A stretch of DNA of 42,058 nucleotides from an uncultured Melioribacteraceae bacterium (GTDB taxonomy: Bacteria; Bacteroidota; Ignavibacteria; Ignavibacteriales; Melioribacteraceae). Location: positions 1 through 42,058 of the forward strand of contig CAZXJG010000004.1 in NCBI GenBank assembly GCA_964640985.1. Direction: 5' to 3'. This document shows positions 18,644-26,096 of the stretch, one piece after another. The translations under genes were made by a program, and so were the position numbers. Positions within the stretch are counted from its first letter, which is position 1. Each line of letters begins with the position of its first letter. The notes below the pieces were generated by a model that did no database searches, had not been told where the DNA came from, and worked only from the letters and a program-made list of their open reading frames with translations.

Positions 18644-21600
18644 ATGAAACGTAATATTTTGTATATATTTATTTTTTATAGCTTTATTTTTTGTTTAAGT
18701 ACAAAATCTCTATTTTCCCAGACTAATAAAACTGGTACATTGAGAGGAACTGTTACGGCAGCAGATACCAAATTACCGCTTCCTTTTGCAAATGTTATGA
18801 TAGTCGGAACTAATAATGGAACCGCCACAGATATGAAAGGTAAATTTATTTTAAGAGATATTTTGTTAGGAAAACATAAAATTAAAATAACATATGTTGG
18901 TTATGGGCAAAAAATTTTAAAAGTTATTGTACACCCTAACGAAACAACTTTTATCAATGTAATTTTAACTCCCCATAATATCCAAATAAAAAAAGTAGTT
19001 GTAACTGCACAAGCTTCTGGTCAGTTGAAGGCAATAAATGAACAAATAAATTCTAAAGATATAATAAATGTGGTAGCGCCTGATAGAATACAAGAAATTC
19101 CTGAGGCGAATGCAGCTGAGGCAATAGGACGTCTTCCCGGTATATCATTGATAAGATCGGGAGGGGAGGGACAAGGAGTTGTTATTAGAGGTTTAGCACC
19201 TAAATATAGTAAAATATTAGTTGATGGTATCCAAATACCTTCTACTAATCCAAATAATCGAAGTACAAATATTTCTAGTATTTCCCAATATATATTACAA
19301 GGTATTTCAGTTTATAAAACGATTACACCGGATATGGATGGAGATGCTACTGGAGGTGTAATTAATTTAAAATTAACTAAAGCTCCTTCAGGATTTCATT
19401 TTCATATATTAAGTGAGGGGGGGTATAATAATTTAAATAAGTATTGGAAAAATTATAATTTTCAAGCTAATGTTAGCAACAGATTTTTAGAAAATAAATT
19501 GGGAATGCAATTAAATATTGGAAGTGGAAGTGTTATAAGAAGTGCTCAAAGCACTACAAGTAGTTATAGTATTATCACAAGTGCTACACAAAATAATTAT
19601 CAAAAGCAGCCATTATATATTAATGCAATAAACTTAAATGATCAGTATAGACTCAACAATAGGTCAACAGCATCTTTAATCTTAGATTATAAATACTCAC
19701 CCGAATCAAATATTGTTTTTTTCAGCTTTTTCTCCCATTTATCCCAAGATAACAGGGGCGTTTCTAAAAGCTTCAATTTAGCGAATGCAAGCCGTAATAT
19801 TATGTATACTTTTACTCAAGACAAAGGGGATAATAGTGAATTATTTATAAGTTCACTTAAAGGTAAAAACAACATTAATTTATTTAATTTAACATATGGT
19901 ATTGCATATTCTCAAACACATAAGTATACGCCAAACTCTCGAGTATGGCGTTTTATAAATGCCGGTGGAGTTCCATCAGCTTTAACGGATACTTCATCAA
20001 GAAGATTACCTATTGGAACTATAGTTAATGCAGTAAAAGATTCTATGTCAAAAAGTATTTTAGAAAGAACAAGAATTTGGGATATTGGAGTATCTTCACA
20101 GAATAATATTGATAGAGAAATCACTGCATATTTTGATTCAAAAGTTAATCTACAATTTAGCAATTCTATTAATGGAGTAATCAAATTTGGTTTTAAATAC
20201 AAATACGAAAAGAAAAACAGATATTGGGCAAATTATGCTCAAAATGTATCATCACAAAATATTCCACAATTTGGCGATTCTGTAAAAAATAATATTTCAT
20301 GGGTAGATATTGTTGGTAGAGCGCTAACAGCTAATGGTTTCCAAGACCATATAGTTAATAGTTTCCAAAATGGTAGATTTTATTTCGGTTGGTATCCCAA
20401 TTTCAATAGATTGAATCAATTTTTTGACTGGTTTGCCAATTTTTCACATTATTATAAAACGCATCCGAATATAAACCCTCCTTTTGCTGAAAATAAAACT
20501 TTTCTCAATCCAAGCGTAACGGCTATGCAAAATAACAATTATAGTTTTGACCAAAAATATTATGCTGTATATATAATGGGTGAACTTAATTTAGGTAATT
20601 GGTTAACTTTTATTCCAGGTGTACGTTACGAAAAAGTTTTAGATAATCTAACCGGCTGGTATGCAATACAAATTCCTTTTCCAATTAAACCATTTGGTCA
20701 TCCGGTTTTTACTACTCATAAAGACGAATATTATTTACCTGACTATCATCTTATTATTAAACCTACTGATTGGATGAATATCCATATAGCTTATACAAAT
20801 TCATTAAATAGACCAGATTATATTAGCTTAGTTCCAATCACTTATATAAATACTAGTGGCTTACCTCAAATCCTAAAAGAAGGTAATCCCAATCTAAAAC
20901 CGGAACATTGGGCTAACTATGATTTACAAGTTTCTTTTTATAATAATGCATTAGGCTATTTGAGTATTGATGGCTTTTATAAAAAAGCCAAGGATGTGAT
21001 ATGGACACCTGTTTATGTAAGAACCCCAGGGGAACCGCCAATCCCTGGGTTTGAAAATATCTTTGGTAAGAATGCAGTAGTTAATATTATACAACCTGTT
21101 AATAATAATTATACTATTTTTGTTAAAGGGCTTGAATTAGATTGGCAAACAAACTTTTGGTATTTACCAGAGCCATTTAATAAGTTTTCGATGTATTTTA
21201 ATTATACATTAATGAAATCAGCAACGAAATATCCAAGAACGGTTACAGTAAATAAACAAGTTGGAACAGATAATAGGGGAAGGCCAATTTTTAAACTTGT
21301 TACAAATTATTATGTAGATAACGGTCCTATGATAAACCAACCTGATAACATTGTTAACTTTTCTTTAGGTTACAATTATAAGGGATTAGATCTATGGTTC
21401 TCATATCAGTTTTCTGGTCAAAAACTAAGTGGGTTTAATCCTCAACCAGAATTAAGTTCCTATCACCTAAGTTTTCAAAGATATGATTTACAAATCACTC
21501 AAAAGTTACCAATTCGTAATTTAGAATTATTATTTAATTTTGCGAATATTAATAATCCTACAGAAATATCGAAGTTAAAGGGTGACGTACGTCCCAATTA

Positions 21601-21652
21601 TTTGGAAAACTATGGTTGGACTATGAATTTAGGAGTAAGATATAAATTATGA
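18644..21652 (+). CDS. TonB-dependent outer-membrane receptor with N-terminal carboxypeptidase-regulatory-like domain
   Basis: 1002 aa. Signal peptide, then a CarboxypepD_reg-like segment (GTLRGTVTAADTKLPLPFANVMIVGTNNGTATDMKGKF). Plug region (EIPEANAAEAIGRLPGISLIRSGGEGQGVVIRGL..YSKILVDG). Long beta-barrel ending in aromatic-rich ...NLGVRYKL. Confidence 0.9.
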   Translation: MKRNILYIFIFYSFIFCLSTKSLFSQTNKTGTLRGTVTAADTKLPLPFANVMIVGTNNGTATDMKGKFILRDILLGKHKIKITYVGYGQKILKVIVHPNETTFINVILTPHNIQIKKVVVTAQASGQLKAINEQINSKDIINVVAPDRIQEIPEANAAEAIGRLPGISLIRSGGEGQGVVIRGLAPKYSKILVDGIQIPSTNPNNRSTNISSISQYILQGISVYKTITPDMDGDATGGVINLKLTKAPSGFHFHILSEGGYNNLNKYWKNYNFQANVSNRFLENKLGMQLNIGSGSVIRSAQSTTSSYSIITSATQNNYQKQPLYINAINLNDQYRLNNRSTASLILDYKYSPESNIVFFSFFSHLSQDNRGVSKSFNLANASRNIMYTFTQDKGDNSELFISSLKGKNNINLFNLTYGIAYSQTHKYTPNSRVWRFINAGGVPSALTDTSSRRLPIGTIVNAVKDSMSKSILERTRIWDIGVSSQNNIDREITAYFDSKVNLQFSNSINGVIKFGFKYKYEKKNRYWANYAQNVSSQNIPQFGDSVKNNISWVDIVGRALTANGFQDHIVNSFQNGRFYFGWYPNFNRLNQFFDWFANFSHYYKTHPNINPPFAENKTFLNPSVTAMQNNNYSFDQKYYAVYIMGELNLGNWLTFIPGVRYEKVLDNLTGWYAIQIPFPIKPFGHPVFTTHKDEYYLPDYHLIIKPTDWMNIHIAYTNSLNRPDYISLVPITYINTSGLPQILKEGNPNLKPEHWANYDLQVSFYNNALGYLSIDGFYKKAKDVIWTPVYVRTPGEPPIPGFENIFGKNAVVNIIQPVNNNYTIFVKGLELDWQTNFWYLPEPFNKFSMYFNYTLMKSATKYPRTVTVNKQVGTDNRGRPIFKLVTNYYVDNGPMINQPDNIVNFSLGYNYKGLDLWFSYQFSGQKLSGFNPQPELSSYHLSFQRYDLQITQKLPIRNLELLFNFANINNPTEISKLKGDVRPNYLENYGWTMNLGVRYKL

Positions 21653-22189
21653 TAATGTATAATAACATAAATTTTTAGAAGTTCTCAAAATTAAGTGAAT
21701 TGATTCTACATTTCCTCAAAACTTAATAAAAAATTAATTATAAGTACTTATTTTTATGATAAATATTCACTTCTTCAATAGAAAAAGATTCTACATTACT
21801 AATGTTGTAACCCAATCAAGCTCTAATTCCATTTTAGTATAGTCATCCTAACTTATAAACACTATAAATAAGACGTATCTAAAAGATCATTTTTGAATTG
21901 TAAATATTAGCAAAAAATCAAAGCTTATTTACAAAGAAAATATCATTTTAGATGAGACTTACAAATTTTTTTAATTCTATAAAAGGTATAAAGGAGGTGA
22001 TGAGAAAATTATTTCAAAAGGGAAAGAATTTGCTATACAACAGTATTTAAAAACAAGAATTTTCACAGTTTTATCTATTGTCGAAACTGAAAAAAATTTT
22101 AGACTGTATATAAAGCAAATTCAAGAAATAGGATTAGTTATTAACTAATCAAATTAATTAACATAATTATTAAATAAAGGAGGAATAAA

Positions 22190-24448
22190 ATGAAAAAGTT
22201 TATAACTTTACTAACTTTTTTTCTTTTTACTATTGTTTCATTCTCGCAAACTTATCTTGATGTTAAACCAGGTTATGGTACATTAAACGATGCTATTGCA
22301 AAAAACCAAGGTAGTGTGGTATATAGGTTACAGGCAGGTCAATGGTACGGTTTGACAGGTATAATTCAAAATTCAAATTTTAAATTGACAATTATTGGTA
22401 CAACACCTTCTAATTCTAAAACAATGCCTGCAATGATACAAGTTGGTTCTGATGCCAATGGAATTCCGTTTTCAAACATGTTTTCAGTGTTTCAAGATTT
22501 AACATTAAAAAATGTTTTTATAACTGATGCAAATTCAAACAATATTCAAGCAGGTAAAGCACTTATTTCAATGCAAGCTACTGCTAAAATTACTATTGAT
22601 AGTGTAGTAGTTGATCCATTAAGTGTTACTAATGCTTTAATCGATTGTGGTAGTTCAAAAAAACCTGTTATTTATATAACTAATAGTATGTTTATTCATA
22701 GCGGACAGCAAGTAGACCCCAATGATGGACGTTTTATCGATATAAAAGGAGATCCAACAAACGGATACGATACGTTGTATATTGAAAATAACTCTTTTTT
22801 GTACACAGGTACTTGGTTTGTGGCAAATGAAAATTTTAATACTGGTAGAGATAACTTTGTTTGGATTAACCACAATACATTCATAGCACATAAAAGTCAA
22901 TTGCAATGGGATTGGTATATTAATGATGAGTATTTTACAAATAATTTATTATTTGATTTTAACACACAACCCTGGAATATAAATTGGAATTCTTATTTTC
23001 CAGACGGTACTGCTAAAATCGGAGGAAAAGAATCAAAATTTAGTCTTATTACTGCCGACACACTTTTTACAACAGATGCTAATGGAAATGTTGTCCGTGA
23101 ATCATTTCCATCTGTTAGAAAAAGTTTTGTTGAGTATAACCTAGATTACACTAATCCGAAAATATTAGATATACCTGCTTGGGGTAATGACCCAGCACAT
23201 ACGAAAAATAATGATGGAAAGACTCCAATTGATTATTCTTATTTGATGCCCCTTGTTCAACCGAAAGATTCGATGGCAGTTAGCAGGGAAGCAAGAATGT
23301 TTAATAGTCCAACGAATTTTCCAGGTTTTAAATATGGCAATACTTTAACAAATGTTGATCCTCAGTTTAATTTAAAAAAGATCTATGCTCTTTCAGATTC
23401 ATTAGCTGCTTGGACGTTTCCAGCAGCAGAAATACATAGTTGGGGTTTCGATCCCGCCAATGTGATGCCAGTTGCTCAGTGGCCGAAATTCTGGTATTAC
23501 CCTGACAGTTCTGGCCTAGGTAATCCTACTGCTTGGCCTCGCTTTGATGCTACATATTCAAATTCAAAGGTATTAACGTCTTCTATTGAAGGGCTTCCTT
23601 TGGGAGACCTAAATTGGTTTCCAAAAGCAAAAGCTGTTTGGCAAGCACATAAAAAGGAAATAATGGATCATATTTTAGCTGAAAATGTAAGTAAAATGAA
23701 TATTGGGGTGAAAGAAACAGCGGTATCGTCATCTAACGCAGCAGCATCTCTTGGACCAAGTAATGTATTAGATAATAATCCAAATACTTTTTGGGCTAGT
23801 ATTCCACATCTAAATGCCGATGCTGAAGAATGGATTTATCTAGACCAAGGTATGTCAAAAACAGTAGCTCAAATTGTTTTAGTCCCCCGAGCTGTTGCCG
23901 ATACAGTAGTCTATTGTTTCCCTCAAGCTTTTAAAATTCAATATAGTTCGGATGCGAGTACTTGGACAGACGTTCCTGGACAAAGTTACACTAATTATCC
24001 TAATCCAAAAAATAATAAAGGCGAAGTTTTTACTTTTTCTTCTCCTGTTAATAGTCGTTATATTCGGATTGATGCAACAAAACTACGTGTGGATGATAGT
24101 GGGATTAATTACTATTTTCAATTAGCTGAAATTAATTTATATAGTTCAGTTACTGCAGTAGATAGAGCTAAAAACGAGGTTGTTAAAACTTTTTCCTTAT
24201 CGCAAAACTATCCAAATCCGTTCAATCCTACCACAACCATTAGTTACAGTATAGCAAAACAAGGATTAGTTACATTAAATGTATATAATATGTTAGGACA
24301 ACGGGTAGCAACATTAGTAGATAAGTTGCAAAATGCAGGAGAATATTCGGTAAATTTTGATGCATCAAAATTAGCATCGGGAGTATACCTTTATAGAATA
24401 CAATCCGGTAATTTTTCTTTAACAAAGAAAATGATTTTGATGAAATAA
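22190..24448 (+). CDS. T9SS-secreted protein: N-terminal beta-helix-like region (function unknown), F5/8 type C (CBM32-like) domain, and T9SS C-terminal sorting domain
   Basis: 752 aa. RBS AAAGGAGG and a signal peptide. aa about 513-655 match the discoidin pattern (NVLDNNPNTFWAS...WIYLD...FKIQYS.D..TW..V...RYIRID...FQLAEINLY). The last 85 aa are a FSLSQNYPNPFNPTT...SGVYLYRI... sorting domain. Confidence 0.75.
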   Translation: MKKFITLLTFFLFTIVSFSQTYLDVKPGYGTLNDAIAKNQGSVVYRLQAGQWYGLTGIIQNSNFKLTIIGTTPSNSKTMPAMIQVGSDANGIPFSNMFSVFQDLTLKNVFITDANSNNIQAGKALISMQATAKITIDSVVVDPLSVTNALIDCGSSKKPVIYITNSMFIHSGQQVDPNDGRFIDIKGDPTNGYDTLYIENNSFLYTGTWFVANENFNTGRDNFVWINHNTFIAHKSQLQWDWYINDEYFTNNLLFDFNTQPWNINWNSYFPDGTAKIGGKESKFSLITADTLFTTDANGNVVRESFPSVRKSFVEYNLDYTNPKILDIPAWGNDPAHTKNNDGKTPIDYSYLMPLVQPKDSMAVSREARMFNSPTNFPGFKYGNTLTNVDPQFNLKKIYALSDSLAAWTFPAAEIHSWGFDPANVMPVAQWPKFWYYPDSSGLGNPTAWPRFDATYSNSKVLTSSIEGLPLGDLNWFPKAKAVWQAHKKEIMDHILAENVSKMNIGVKETAVSSSNAAASLGPSNVLDNNPNTFWASIPHLNADAEEWIYLDQGMSKTVAQIVLVPRAVADTVVYCFPQAFKIQYSSDASTWTDVPGQSYTNYPNPKNNKGEVFTFSSPVNSRYIRIDATKLRVDDSGINYYFQLAEINLYSSVTAVDRAKNEVVKTFSLSQNYPNPFNPTTTISYSIAKQGLVTLNVYNMLGQRVATLVDKLQNAGEYSVNFDASKLASGVYLYRIQSGNFSLTKKMILMK
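24191..24445 (+). repeat. T9SS sorting-domain coding module, copy 1 of 3
   Basis: An 85-codon module shared at nucleotide level with 28322-28576 and 32606-32860. Long identical runs include TTATCGCAAAACTATCCA and ATTAGCATCGGGAGT. Confidence 0.85.
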
Positions 24449-24483
24449 TGATCGTCATTTCAAAATTAGTCATGGAAAAACAA

Positions 24484-24512
24484 ATGGTTCATTTCTTTTT
24501 GAGATGAACCAT
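24484..24512. terminator. Stem-loop between the 22190 gene and the IS-like element
   Basis: ATGGTTCAT/ATGAACCAT is a perfect 9-bp stem, extendable to 12 bp with one G-U, with loop TTTTT. The U-tract (TTGTTTTTCC) is present only when read on the minus strand. Confidence 0.4.
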
Positions 24513-24537
24513 AAAATTGATGGAATCTGATGGTTGG

Positions 24538-25999
24538 GTAGTGTCAAAAGTATTGTGAAAAAATGAAAAGAATGCAAAAGAGACAACTTGCCTTCAAAGA
24601 ACAACAAACATGTGAAAATAGATTGTTCTTTGAAAATATGGATTTGTAAAGATAGAACATCTAAGTAGCCACAGAAATAATCTTATTTCACTTGTTTTTT
24701 GTATTAAAGCAATACCAGAGAACTCAGGTAATTCAAAGGGATCTTGTATTAAGAGCAGAATGTTCACGTACGAAAATATGGTGAGTAATGAAGATTACTA
24801 ATTTAGAAATAGCACCGTTGTTACTACCGAAGCCATTTTAGAATTGAATAAGCTGTTTTTCTGAGCAGTAATGGCATAAGAGATGTGAAGACTCAGAACA
24901 AGTGAAACAACGCTTATGCCATTATGAATAGCTCTTAAATTCACAGTAGGTTTTATGTGGTTGTGCAACTTTTAATTGATTAGGCAGGTAGTGGTACTCA
25001 CGATATTGATAATTTATCTTGAATTGTGATAACCTATGTTTTCTAAGTTCAATTTCTTCTGGATTAAGATTATTTAACTTAGCTAATCTATGCGGACACT
25101 TCCGGTTCGAACATTTATATACCTTATAGTCATTATTTTGCTTCTAAGTAAAAAGAGCCTTTGAACAATAAGGGCAATAATATTTTGTTTTCTTAAGAAA
25201 ACGTTTTTCAATTTGGAAAGTATTAAAACAAATCTTGCATTTAAGTTGAGAGTTCTTTTTCCCATCATTAAAATAAATGTAGTAATATGGTGCAGAACAA
25301 TGCGGGCAAGTAATGGAGTTTGGAACGGGATTAGACGAAGAGCGATATTTTATTGGCTGCAGAGTTTTACCCTTTCTTTGCTCATATAAACTCAGAAGAT
25401 ATTGGTAATTTAATTTCGGTTTGTTTTTAATCAACCTTGAAAATCCACCTTCTTTGAAGGTGGTCATGTTCATTTGGCTATGCCTGTATTTGTTGACATA
25501 AATTGAATGATGAATATCGATTAACGAACAATGATTTACGATGTAACTCGAAAACATCGAAAGTCTAAAATCGTTAATCGGTGTTCGATATTCAAAAAGC
25601 AGAGAACTCTCAAAAGCCCTCTATGGGGGCAAACCAAAGCCACCTTCTAAGAAGGTGGATTATTTACTGATTTCAGAAGCATCAAGCGGAGAAAATGGGT
25701 CGATGCTAAAAATTTCTGTAATTAGGATGTTTATCCGCAAAAGCGTCTTTCGGTTTAATATCGGAGTGTTTGTCTTCAATGATTTTCACCAGTTCATCAA
25801 TAACATTAAGAATCTCATTACGAGTGAATTTTTTACATATCCAAATTATTAATTTTCAAATTTTATTCATTGGCTTGCCTCATGAGTCCAAGAAAAATGG
25901 TTTTTTGCTCACCTTTTTCAGTGGAGGCAAATCAATTTAATAAAACTTGTTGTAATTAAACAAATTATATAAACCGGTAGTGTATATTTTTGACACTAC
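24538..25999 (-). mobile_element. Decayed IS-like element (about 1.46 kb) bounded by imperfect terminal inverted repeats
   Basis: GTAGTGTCAAAAGTAT (24538-24553) matches the reverse complement of 25984-25999 at 15 of 16 positions. The interior carries a stop-riddled Zn-ribbon ORF on the minus strand and several long hairpins. I saw no target-site duplication. Confidence 0.45.
24922..25557 (-). pseudogene. Zn-ribbon (CxxC...CxxC, twice) transposase-like gene interrupted by in-frame stops
   Basis: The track ORF 25144-25557 ends at TAG (25146-25144). The same frame continues KQNNDYKVYKCSNRKCPHRLAKLNNLNPEEIELRKHRLSQFKINYQYREYHYLPNQLKVAQPHKTYCEFKSYS, then TAA (24924-24922), then a further Cys-rich stretch WHKRCFTCSESSHLLCHYCSEKQ. 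No DDE domain is recognisable. Confidence 0.45.
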
Positions 26000-26016
26000 T
26001 CGATGTTTATTTAGGA

Positions 26017-26096
26017 GTAAGTAATGAAAGTAATAATTATACAAATACGGTTTTTATTATACTTCTTCCTTTTTTCGCTTGTTTTAGAAGCGCAAA
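26017..26096 (+). repeat. 80-nt direct repeat, copy 1 (RBS, start codon and whole signal peptide)
   Basis: 77 of 80 nt identical to 28813-28892 by hand alignment. Encodes MKVIIIQIRFLLYFFLFSLVLEAQ. Confidence 0.95.

Noticed and set aside
21986-22040. Very strong SD-like AAGGAGGTGATGA followed by a 16-codon ORF (MRKLFQKGKNLLYNSI).
   Set aside because: The spacing between GGAGG and the ATG is only about 2 nt. The peptide is tiny, and I could check no conservation. I mention it only as part of the spacer finding.
25083-25268. Minus-strand 61-aa track ORF overlapping the end of the Zn-ribbon ORF.
   Set aside because: It is in a different frame from the Cys-rich reading frame, which continues straight through the TAG stop. 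Its translation is featureless.
25655-25852. Plus-strand 65-aa ORF and a minus-strand open stretch (KKFTRNEILNVIDELVKIIEDKHSDIKPKDAFADKHPNYRNF) in the IS-like remnant.
   Set aside because: No start or RBS for the minus-strand stretch, and the plus-strand ORF has no recognisable features. I treat both as decayed element sequence rather than genes.
25880-25888. The 9-mer ATGAGTCCA is shared between the IS remnant and the arms of the 31092-31202 inverted repeat.
   Set aside because: The match is too short to distinguish from chance, and the flanking bases do not extend it.
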